From Eledone cirrhosa (lineage: Eukaryota), in NCBI GenBank assembly GCA_964016885.1, contig OZ024740.1:95852001-95916000 (forward strand): a stretch of DNA of 64,000 nucleotides. The letters are read 5' to 3'. A program made the position numbers and the translations under genes. Shown piece after piece: positions 40,012 through 53,069 of this stretch. Within the stretch, counting starts at the first letter, position 1; every line of letters starts with the position of its first letter. Under the pieces are notes generated by a model, which worked only from the letters and a program-made list of their open reading frames with translations, had not been told where the DNA came from and ran no database searches.

Positions 40012-40228
40012 GTAAGGGACCAGACTCGCTAGGGTGAAAAATATACTAACTATGTACAATAGGGTTGGCCAGACTCAATTTAAAAGATTAAATTAAGAAA
40101 ATAATAGAAATCGAAATTGTGACAACCCTCAGACACCCAGACAGCTTTTGGTAATGCTTCCGATTTGAACACATATATGTATATATCTGTGTTTATGTCT
40201 CTTTTATATTCTATTATATATATATATA

Positions 40229-40308
<80 letters not shown>

Positions 40309-40780
40309 TATATATATCCAAAATTAAGATAAATTAAAATAAAATTAATCTAAATCAAATTATGGGTGTCATGCCAGAAAGACATGCGCCATATCACCCG
40401 TAAAATAGCCTCCAAGATTATAATGAATAGGTCCGAGCATTGTATATCAACTAGAAATTGATTGACATATAAATAAACATATGAAACAATCACAGGGGAT
40501 AATTTGTAAAAGTGTGTAAGCACACATAGCTAGGTAGGTAACTAAATAAAGTTTAACTAGAACTTCAAAAATAGATACCTTATAAAATGATTAATCATCC
40601 TTTTATATATTCCATTAAAGAAATATATTTCACCAATCAATCGATTGGTAAACGACAGTAGCCAGATCTTGGATTCTCAACAAGGAAGAAGTCCAACCAT
40701 CTGTGTTTACGCATCAAGTTCAAATCCCCTGTGATTGTTTCATATGTTTATTTACATGTCAATCAATTTCTAGTTGATAT

Positions 40781-40859
<79 letters not shown>

Positions 40860-41062
40860 GAATATAAAAGAGAGATAAACACAGATATATACATATATGT
40901 GTTCAAATCGGAAGCATTACCAAAAGTTGTGTGGGTGTCTGAGAGTTGTCACAATTTCGTATTCTATTTTTTTTTTCTTAATTTATTATTTTAAATTGAG
41001 TCTGGCAAACCCTATTGTTCATAGTTAGTATATTTTTCACCATAGCGAATCTGGTCCCTTAC
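40012..41062. repeat. Nested fold-back (inverted-repeat) structure with (TA)n inside both arms
   Basis: ~40012-40216 is the reverse complement of ~40855-41062, and ~40443-40500 is the reverse complement of ~40724-40781. Confidence 0.85.
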
Positions 41063-41193
41063 AATTTGAACACATATATGTATGTTTATCTCCCATTTAT
41101 CTTCAATTATATTACACGACTCGGAAACATCTCTTTCCTTAAGCTATTTAATTGTAAGAGACTATTTTGAGTTTCTAGCTCAATATACACCTT

Positions 41194-41241
<48 letters not shown>

Positions 41242-41782
41242 TTCAGGGAAACAACAATCAGAATGATGCAAATGTTAGTAGATTCAGGCTTTATATGGAA
41301 AATGTGAAAGAAAGTTCGGCGTGTCGGTATTTAGCCCTTCTTCACGTGTACCAATGTGGAGACAGGCTCAGCAAGAATAGATACAGAAAATAAGAGGTAT
41401 TCGATCTAAAAGAAAAACGAATATATCATATATATTTATACATATACATATATATATATTGGGTGGGTGAAGTGTGTGTGTATAGATCATGTAACATCGA
41501 TATGAAACATTTTAACAAATCAGCAATTATTTAAAATCGGGCGGGGGGGGGGAGAAGGCTACTATAACGTAGAGACTGAATACACAAGTAAAGGAATCCG
41601 TCATCATTTGAATTTTAAATAGATATGTGAGTTATGTTACATAATTGAAAAACACGCACACTCCTCCATGTCAATATATCTATCTGCTGTCTATCCATTA
41701 ATATATCTACATATATATCTATTTATCTATATCTTTATCGCTATATCTCTCTCTGATATATATATGTAATATATATAAATAA

Positions 41783-41829
<47 letters not shown>

Positions 41830-43213
41830 TGTGTGTGTTTATATATATATATAGATAGATGTGTGTGTGTACGTACGTGAGCGCGCACGCGTATATGTGT
41901 GTGTGTGTGCGTGAAAGCGAACGAGAGAGAATGTGTGTTTGTGAGTGCATGTGGGTATGGGATATTAAAGATATTAGTAAATTTTAGATTTAAAGATTTT
42001 CTATATTAATTCCATTACTTAAACGTTTTATGCATTTTATATTGATAGAATTTATGACAGATTTACGTTCCGAAAAAGTTTTATTAATATATTCTTAATT
42101 ATAATAATTGATGTGTTAAGGTACCTGGAAAAAATATAAAAATTTAAACATAGGGCGGTGCCCCAGCATGGCCTCAGCCGGATCGCTGAAACAGGTAAAA
42201 GGGTAAAAGAGTATATATATGTAAACATTAAGTAAAATTTAAACATAAAAATGTAAACATACATATGACAATGGTATATAGACTAATATGTACAGAGTTA
42301 TTTTCAGATGTACTCCATACTACTGAACAACAGATTTACTCTCTCTCTCTCACACACACATTAATAAGTCTGATGAACAGCAGTCGGTTCTATAGTATAT
42401 GCATCGAACCTGAGACTATTATTTGTAAAATGGTCGTAACTGTGCTTAAAAAATAGAGACTTTAATGTGCAACATTCTTTTGTTTTTTAATGTATACCGT
42501 CTGGCATAGCAAAGAGCTGTGATTTTGGTACCTTCGTCAGTAAACCTCGAATCTAATGGACCACTTATGTATATATATACACACACGCATATATATATAT
42601 ATATATAAATGAAAGTATAGAAATTATTGTGAGCATGAAGCCAACAGTATTCCATAATATATAAGTGACTATAACGTCAAAATGGAAAAATAGTAAACGT
42701 AAGATGTGGGAAAATAATTCAAACTCAATTAAAAAAAAAAAATCAAGACAAACATTTATCCACAGAATTTTGTGAAATCCAGGGAAAAATAAATAGAGCT
42801 TTAACTCAGAATAAAATAAAGTTTAAATACTCACCCTTCAATTTGGAAAAACTACAAATGCTCTGTATATTCTTAAAAAGACTATTTCACGAAACTTTCA
42901 GTGGGGAAGGTCACGGTTGGAGTCGATCGTCAGCAGAGCTCAAAACACGATAACGCTAAAGCACTGTTTATAATATGCCAAAAATGGAATTTAAAAGCAG
43001 GCTAGTTCACATCATGCGTAATTATGAAAGTAAACGCACATGGAGAGACATGGTTGGTGACGTCAGAATGAGAGTAATGTATTTTTACATTCCTAAAGAA
43101 CTCTACAAATGTAAGGAGTTCAGCAAAATTATAATATTATCGCGGTTTTTAAAAAGAAAGACCGGGATTAGTCACAAATAATGTTAAGCACTCTAGGAAA
43201 ATTCACAGTATAA

Positions 43214-44212
<999 letters not shown>

Positions 44213-44679
44213 CATAATCTATAAAGCTCAGTGTGTAGTCATGCACCTCTCTTATAGAAATCTACGATATAGAATTTCTTCGATTGAAATTTACAATTCA
44301 GTATTCGGAATAGCTTCGATTGCGTCTTGGCACAGATATTTTTTTCAATTTCACCCACAATTACGCAAACAATAGATAAAACTCAATATTTTACGATTTT
44401 TCTCTGTCATTTAAACTGCTAAACTCTTTCCACTACCATTCAAAATCTATACAACTTCATACTTCCTGCTACTTTCTCTTTCCAAGCTTGATGGTGATAC
44501 TGTCCGTTTTACTCTCTCATATCATCTGTTTGCCTCCTTCTACAACCCACACATTTTGCTGCTTTCTCTTTTATACTTTAAACTTACTGATTTATTTCCA
44601 AACGCATACAAACACACACTCACTTAAACAACAACAACAACAATCTGCCTTTTATAGATAATGATAAAAAATAATATCC

Positions 44680-44856
44680 TCTATGAGGTCACTAAACCTG
44701 CTAGAAACAGCAGCTAACTCTCCCCCATACCACACCCCGCCCTACTGTCTTACATTTAGAAAACATAACTTCTATGAGGTCATTAAACCTGCTAGAAACA
44801 GCAGCTAACTCTCCCCCATATCACACCACTCCCTACTGTCTTAAATTTAGAAAACA
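44680..44856 (+). repeat. ~91-bp tandem duplication of a SINE-like fragment
   Basis: tctatgaggtca.taaacctgctagaaacagcagctaactctcccccata... occurs twice. Confidence 0.85.
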
Positions 44857-45115
44857 CACAGACAACCATGCAGAACAACTCCATCGCAGCTCTGTTGTTC
44901 GGCTGGCATCGTCTACGCGCGTGTTGCGCAAGTACTGTGAAACAATAAATTTCAACACTTTTTTGCACAGAGATAATATCCATAGGCGAAATTACAATTG
45001 TCACTGCTGGCGCAGCTCCTGCTTCCAGGTCTGCAATTCATTCACCCAGTGCCTGGCAGACAAAAAAGTGCTGCCATAAAATGGGTGGTGCAACCTAACT
45101 TTGGTAACTTAATGA

Positions 45116-45143
45116 CCCCGAGCAACGCCAGGCTTTAATGCTA

Positions 45144-45144
<1 letters not shown>
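45116..45144 (+). mobile_element. Helitron 3' terminus (GC hairpin + CTAG)
   Basis: ccccgagcaacgccagg-ctttaatg-CTAG followed by T of (TA)n; same terminus as at 52133 on the - strand. The 5' extent is uncertain. Confidence 0.7.
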
Positions 45145-45184
<40 letters not shown>

Positions 45185-45187
<3 letters not shown>

Positions 45188-45382
45188 TGGAATTTCGTAT
45201 TTTCAAAGAAATCCGGTACGTTTATAAATAAACATGTAGAAAGCCGTAGCTATGCAAAACACGGGGGCTATCGCCATCTGGTGGTGTCCAGGGCGATAGC
45301 CCCGGTGTGTTGCATAGATACGGCTTTCTAAATGTTTAGCTATAAACATACGGTATTTCTTTAGAAATACGAAATTCCAATA
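45185..45382. mobile_element. ~200-bp palindromic MITE-like element in TA context
   Basis: Arms tggaatttcgtatt...gggctatcgcc and ggcgatagcccc...aatacgaaattcca are imperfect reverse complements. Confidence 0.75.
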
Positions 45383-45447
45383 CATACCTCTATACAGCTA
45401 AGCATGAATCTAAATCCTACTTCTATTCTTTCTTTCTCACTCTACCC

Positions 45448-45490
<43 letters not shown>

Positions 45491-46019
45491 AATATATATA
45501 TATATAACCAGCATTTTAAATAGGATTTTTTCTCTGCTTATTCTACGATTGTCAAGCTATCTCTTCCATTTAATCGCATAGCACACTAGTCTAAAAACTT
45601 ATATGCATTGAGTACACTAACCTCCTGTATACTGGCTAGAAATCTGCATAATTAATAACCTTCCTCTCCTCCTGATTACCTTACTTGCTTTATATCTTAT
45701 ATATATATTTGTGTGTGTGTTTATTTAGTTGACGATTTGATATTTTTTATAGATGTGTGTTTGGACGTGTGTGTCTGCGTGCGTGCACATATATGTTGTT
45801 GGATGGACACCAACACACACACACATACACTCACTCACACACACACAAAACCCAAGACAACTACACGCGTCAATAAGATACGATGCGAATGGTATCAAAC
45901 GCTTAGGTGCTCGGCGATGTTATACATGAAAGAAATTACTTATATTGTTATCTATCTTTCACTTTTTTAATTTTTAATTTATTATTTCTTCGTTCAATTA
46001 TTCCTGAGAAATTCATAGA

Positions 46020-47330
46020 GGAATATCCCTCTGACACTCCTTCGAATGATTATGTCAGAAGCAGCCACCTCCAATTGATCCGGTTGGATCCCCAAGCGAG
46101 ACCATCCTGCTCGGTGTATATCCCAGTGTATTCTACATGTTGCTTGTTGCCCGTATAAATCTATCCAGCGATTCTTTCCTGAGACAAAGTAACATTACAC
46201 CCGTATCATCGGAACTGTGATTTCTCAATTCGGAGTGGTAGCAGCTCATCATGGAGAGACACTATGATCTCCGAGCTACGAACTCTATCGAGTAAGATTA
46301 CTCAGAAGACACTTCAGATGAACCCCATTTTAACCGCACATATTCTCGATCGTATTATTTCGTCAATTTAACAAGATTCAGAACTGTATATAAGGGTTGG
46401 CACGAATAACAGTTGAAAATAGCGAGTGTTTACACCCACACCATTCCTTCTGATTACAGAATACTGAAGCTGGCACATTAGTAAACCAGCAATTGAAATA
46501 CTTGCACTTAATTCAGCCTCTTGTCTTGCATCATTCGTAAAAACAGCCCGTGTATACTTGAACTTCTCCACCTATTTTAGTGGAACTCTTTTCACATGTA
46601 GATTGCACTGTGTTGTCTTCTTTGTGTGGACGAGTATCCCAGTTTTCGCACTATTGATTTTCATTAACATATCAAATGCATGTCGAGAGATCAACCTCTG
46701 TTGAAATAAATAACACCATATCGTCTCCAAATTATGGCAGATTGATTTTATACGTGTCAGTGGGGATGCCACGTACAAACTGGATTGCATTTCAATCCAG
46801 TTCATAAAAATAATGAAGAGGAGAAGGAATAGTGTGCACCTTTAATGGACTCCAGATTTCACATTAAATATTTTCGATTTAACACAATTTATATGAAAAA
46901 AATTACTCGGGCATTCGTATAGGGAAATCAGAGCAACAAGAAGTTTACCATCGATCTCATACTTGTGGACAACTTTAAACAGCAGGTTCCGTGTTTATAA
47001 CTGTGCGGTCTTATGCTTTTCATGCGTTTGTCAATTCTCACACGATTTCTCGAAGACATGCCACAGTGTGACATTTTGTTCGTGTTTCTGCGTCCAGGGC
47101 GAATTTCGCACTCTTCGTCAGTCAGCTTCGATAATCTTTCTACATCTTCTTTTCCAGATTATTTGCAGATACCTTATCTGGGAAGTTTAAAAAGGTATCC
47201 CTCTGCAATCGGAAAGATTTCACTTGTCACGCTTTTTGAAAATCGGGCTAAACACTCCCAAATATCATTGTTTAGATGTATTTCCTGAGAAACACGCCAC
47301 TCGGCACACGCGTCACACAGTGTATACATT
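46020..47330 (-). mobile_element. Degenerate RTE-group LINE (RT and C-terminal remnant)
   Basis: Fragments MKINSAKTGILV, EKFKY, FVPTLIYSSESC and WSRLGI; boundaries approximate. Confidence 0.6.
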
Positions 47331-47849
47331 CACTTTATACGTTTTCACATCTCGGTAGAGATTTCATCTTTCCAAAAGACCTTGCCACATTTGAGCGCTT
47401 TAACTGCTCTCGTAACCTTAAACACTGGGTGTTCAGTCACCGCTCATAGATGCATTGTGTATATCAGAATACGCTGTTGTTATTGGGTTTAGAAGATGAC
47501 CAAGCCATACAATCCAGCTCACCAACATGCATCTCTCTAAAGAGAGAGAAAACCCCTAGATGTGTTCCTGAATGCAGGTGTGGAGGAGGACTTCTTATTA
47601 CGAGGTCAACAGATGGTATATGCTAGATTACTTTATTTGCTGCTCTGAAGTCGGATTCCTGCTTCCCCTAGTCCTCCCTAATCTAAGCTTTGGGCCTGTT
47701 TACAGTTTCTGCGCGTTTTAATTCTAATTTTGATTTCGATTGTTCATCTTTTATATTTCATTTTAATGTTTTATCCTTTATTCTTGGATTGCCTTTTAAT
47801 ATGTTAACCTTTATATTTGCTTTATTTGCAAGCCGCTTACTTGCATCTA

Positions 47850-48987
47850 CTGGTCCTTGTAAGTAGACTAGAAAACAGAACCCAGATCCCCCCAGGGAAA
47901 TGGCATTGCTCAGTATGTAGGAAAGGTGTAGGTAGGAACTCTGTTCTCTACCCCAAATGCAAACAATGGTTACACAAGAGATGTAGCGGGATCTCAGGAA
48001 GCTTAATTACGAATGTAGGCTTCACATGTAGCAGCTGTGCTGGGACAGCAAGCAGCAAACAGCCACAGGAAACAGGTACCACCAATCTCTGGGAGAGATC
48101 TGTAGAAACAGTAGACATCTTCTGCTACCTAGGTGACCGAATTAGCAGCGGAGGTGGGTGTTCAGAAAGTACAATAACTAGGGTAAGAACGGGATGGAAG
48201 AGGTTCAGGGAACTACTGCCATATCTAGCTGCAAAAGGCTTTTCCCTCGAAATGAAAGGCAGACTCTTTGATGCGTTTATACGAACAGCAATGTTACATG
48301 ATAGTGAGACCTGGGCGCTGAAGGTGGAAGACTTACGTAGTGTAGAAAGAAACTAAGCCTGCATGCTCTGATGGATGTGTAATAATAATATACGTGAACG
48401 ACAAAGTATAAATGAATTGAGAGAGAGACTGAGCATAAGAGGAATCAAATGCCGTGTGCAGGAGAGGCGGTTGCATTGGTATGGACATGTGATGCGTATG
48501 AAGGATGACAGCTGCATAAAAAGGTGCATGGCACAAGTAGTCAATGGAAACCGCGGAGTGGGGAGATCCAAGAAGACCTGGGATGAGGTGATAAAAGCCG
48601 ACCTTACCCAATTACACCTCTGGCGTCACGCAGTAATACGGAGTACCCGAACTCCCATGGGTACAAGCTGAAGCATATAGGCAATATGCCCCACACCCTC
48701 TCACTGCAATGGTGTTCGTGGAGGTGCCACGGCAAAAAGGCACCCAGCCCACACTATAAAGTGGACGTGTAGGCGCCACGGAATAAAGCACCCAGCACTC
48801 ACTGTAAATGAGGTTGGTGATAGGAAGGGGATCCATCTGTAGAAATCAAGCCAAAATCAGTTCCTGTATGAGCAAGGCATGATCAGCCGATCAGACACTG
48901 CCCACAACAGGACAACCTCTCTAACCCATGCTAGCAGGGAAGAACGGACGTAAAACGGTGATGATGATGATGATGATGATGATGATG
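47850..48987 (+). mobile_element. 5'-truncated RTE-BovB-like LINE with Cys-rich insert, 3' UTR and (GAT)n tail
   Basis: CSVCRKGVG.NS...CKQWLHKRCSGI, FCYLGD, TGWKRFREL, SETW, RRLHWYGHVMRM; tail ...aacggacgtaaaacggt(gat)n. Confidence 0.85.
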
Positions 48988-49355
48988 TTGCACCAACGAA
49001 TTACAACATACCAACATTAAAGCTCCCAAAATAAATGTGAGCTGGCAATGCGTAGATATAAACTGTTATCACAGAAAACATGTGTCTCATCAGCTATCGA
49101 TTCCAGATTCGGGAATGATCGATATTGATTATATCTACAAATGATCGATCGTGGAAGACGTTTCAGACGAGAATAAACATATTGATGCAAGTTTGATACT
49201 TCATTCCTACATGTCCCCATATTACCCACGCAAAAACAACCACACTGTACAGTTATGTACCTCTCTTATTGTCCACTTAATGCAAGCCCTGTGTGGCTAA
49301 AAAGGAAACTATTTGTTAGTTGTCCTTTACCATATGTTCCTCCTCTTCATCAAAT

Positions 49356-50636
49356 ATGTCTGCATTTAGGATGGGCAGTTTAAATGCATGAGACCTGAGA
49401 TCGACTTGGTGACATGGTCACCCACCTGCATCACGATCTCAAGTCATAAATCATAGATTGTGGAGTCCATCAGCGAGACCAGAATTTCCCATCCATCTTC
49501 AAGCTGTCCCGGATCTGGGGGTCGAGTCGCTGTGCTATTTTGGAAAGATATGGATCGCGTGTTACGGACAATCTTGCTGTATCCAGAAGGTAAGTTGATG
49601 GTGATAAGTGAAAGGTATGCTTTTAACCTACTGACAGTCTATGCCCCGACAGTGGCAGGCCGACCTTATTTCTTCAGATATTTCTAGGATCGTACCGCTC
49701 TTTAGTGTTAGTGTGGTTTGGAACGGTATCTTGGATGCACGCTAGGACTGTGTGGGATTAGCAGATAGTGGAGGCAGCTGTAAAAGCCTTGCTACGCAAC
49801 TCAGACGCTTCCACCTGTTGTCAATAATACACCGACCATAAGTTTGTGTTCTATTTGGTCAATCTAGACAGGTTTCATAAATTGATACCTAGTTACTAGA
49901 AGCAAAATAATTCATTGCCGGCGCGCACAGACTACGAAACCTGAGAAGTAAATTAGTGAAGCATTCTTATCAGGAGCAATCGTCAACAACAAGTGGTGGA
50001 TCACCATAAAAAGGTATATAAGGTCACAATTGATAAGGTGTAGTAAGACTGTAAAGATAGAGAAAACTAGACCTTGTTAGAAAAATGGAAGAGTAATTTA
50101 CCTAAGGCATCGCAGCCAACGTGCTCGCTGCGATATTGATCCTGGACCAATTCTTCAATGATAAGCACGAAGGCTGCGTTGTCAGAGTTAAGGCATGTGA
50201 TCTTAGACACGATCGGATGAAAGTCTTTCAATGAGCGCTAGTGCGCGGGCTGAGGCGTGACAACAAAGCCACAATCTTCTCCTTGACGCATCTCGAAGAA
50301 GGCATGGTACTCGATTCCGAGCATATATGAAAATGTTTTTTAGCGAAACGTTGATCAAATATTCGGAATCCAACCCGGGTTGTATCGATTGATGCAGTTC
50401 AGAGCCTACGCTATTGCCCTACCGCGACTCATGCCGAGGGAAACCTGGTGTTGCAAAAAACTGAAAACAACCGAGGAGATATTGGACGCAGTATTTTACG
50501 GAGGTTTACGGGGTGACAAGCTTTGGCCAGTTCTCTGAGGCGGGATCACTGCCATGCCCAGCCAGAGCTGCTATGTTGTGAGAATGAACAGTCACCTTTA
50601 AGAAATCCTCAAATGTGTGCGCTCGGTCTGACAATG
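49356..50636 (+). mobile_element. Old degenerate relative of the Tx1 element at the window start (ORF2 5' part with internal deletions)
   Basis: Collinear nucleotide matches to ~1-1300 (ccatcagcgagaccagaat, atcgtcaacaacaagtggtgg, aagcacgaaggctgcgttgtcagag) and ~1765-1890 (ggatc.ctgccatgc...gcgctcggtc). Confidence 0.85.
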
Positions 50637-51223
50637 TAAACATTGATCCAACTCGTCGAATAATATTCTCTAAGTGCAGTGGCTCAGATGTCGCCGGCAT
50701 ACTAACAAACAAACTGACAAAACCTACTAATATTATGCTGTATCTGCCACCCATATTTTACCCACCTACCTTCCACATTAACCTGAACCACTACCAGAAA
50801 ACAGACCTGACATACCACAACCATCCCGCACCTTCATGACGACTACTATCTTTACCGACCTCTGAATGACAGCACCGATTTCACACGTGCAGGCGTCCTA
50901 TAATGAATATTATTTAACAGTTTCAAGCAGTCTGACACCGACGGTAACTACAATCGACCACGTAGTTTACATTCCCGACTATTTTATGTCCCTTCGGAAA
51001 ACACCGAAGATGGATGTGAAACCCGAAATATAGGGATGAATAAATCTAATCCAAGGTAATCTCTCTGTTTTTTTCTTTTAATAAATGTTATGTCTCTTTT
51101 TACGTTTCTTTCCTTCTTAATACTGCCACTTGAATCTATTACTCAGAGATTTACGTGTCAGCATTGTAGTGGCTTCCAAATCGACCATAATTCATATTCC
51201 ACAATGATTCAAGAACATTTAAA

Positions 51224-51282
<59 letters not shown>

Positions 51283-51599
51283 CGCGACAGATGCGGTTGA
51301 TATTTCTATCACACTGACTGCTTACAGGCCATCTAGATAGTAGTGGTGTTTCTTTTATACTTCATTTTGTATTACTTCCTTATCTTTTATTCAGTTGTAA
51401 ATTCCATCTCTAATGTCGTACTGTTTAGCACAATTGGTGATCAAGATCGTGCAAGTTACAATTGATTATTTCAGTAGGTATAGCTGCGCTATAAAAATTC
51501 GACAATAGGAACTGTTTGAACAATATATAATTGGAAAGATTAACACTAAAAAATAAAACACGGTAGTATGTAAAAAATTACATTTTCTTATTCTGTAAC

Positions 51600-51687
<88 letters not shown>

Positions 51688-52132
51688 CTCATGTGTGTGT
51701 ATCCTTGTATGTATGCATATATATATACGTGTGTGACTATGTTTGTGGGTGTGTTTTTATGATTAACAAAGGTATTTGTTCCTTAAGAATTAAATGCCGT
51801 AATGATTAGATAATCATTGTCAAATCGTGCTTTTGAACGTCAATATATCTATAGACACTGTCACGCTCTGCACACATATATGTACCTATACACCTATCTA
51901 CATCAAATATTAGCATTGTGAGATGGCGCAACCCTCCAACACAACTGTGGAGTGTCAATGTCTCATACTTCACATCGTGTGTAAGGAAAAAATATTGCAA
52001 TAGACTGCATTACAAAGCCTCCTGCTCTATAATGAGTTAATAAAAACGTATGAGATTGCTATTTTGCCTCAGCCAGTCGACTGGGAGAGGGAAAAGCAAA
52101 AATGAATATCTCTTACTCTTTATATATATATA

Positions 52133-52820
52133 CTAGCATAAAGGCCCGGCATTGCTCGGTCTTCTAAACATAGACTGTCATGTTTATCCCTCCTTTCTGA
52201 AACAGTACAGATAAGTACGGAATACCTCAGCCTGCGGATGGTGTCTACATTTTGGGCTTAGTCAAATAATTTTCCATTAAGATTTTTCAAAAGCATGTAA
52301 TTGCATTCCATCACTTTTCTGTTGTTTTTGCTGCGGTTGGTATGATAGGAGCTGTCGTACTACTAAAACAATCCCGTCCTTCTTCAGCCAATCGTTTATA
52401 TCCCCTTCTGCCTCGTCTACCTAAACAATTATTGTAGCAACACCTTGTACACACTATCTCTTGTTCTTCCGTGTCGGGCATATGCAAAGAGATATGTCTT
52501 GCATCCCACACTTGAGCAGCCAACGTATAGTTGCCCGTGTGAAAAACATAACTCTTCCAAAAGAAGACCAGCAGCAGCTAGGATCTAACGGTGGTATTTG
52601 TTGATAGACATTGAAAAGCTGACACGGTTCGGCGAATGGTTCGCTGGTTAGCTATTTCAAGTGCTCCTCTGGTGGCAGTACGTTCAGCATCTTGAAACTG
52701 TCGAATAGCAGATTCCACTGACGATTCGTTTGCCCGCCTTGTTCTATTTCTTGCCGCTTACGCAGTATTTCGGCTAATGGAGTATCTCTTCCTCGAAGCA
52801 TGACCTAAAAGCTGTGGGAA
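52133..52820 (-). mobile_element. Helitron 3' remnant with PIF1-type helicase C-terminal fragment
   Basis: The - strand at ~52440-52630 translates RVSFSMSINK...AGLLLEELCFSHGQLYVGCSSV; 3' end ccgagcaatgccggg-cctttatg-CTAG|T. Confidence 0.8.
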
Positions 52821-53069
52821 GTATACTAAGACTAACTGGTAGAGTAAGGAGTAAACTCGTCATTGATGCATGTGATTTCTGAACAGTTGACTATGTAATT
52901 GCTGGCCTTGTGCCAAAAGCAGTTATGACTTATTGGGTGGCATAACGGCAGTAACAATGACGATAAGCCGTCTGTGCTTTCGTGAAATAAATATGTTTGT
53001 TTATATTTAGTTTTTTGTGTATGCAACAATACCTGTACTCGAATATATAATTTTATATATATTTTTCTA

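Noticed and set aside
50985-51040. CCGAAGA...GAAA-tata-ggga motif in a C-rich PLE-like tail
   Set aside because: Core and stems do not fit a hammerhead cleanly.
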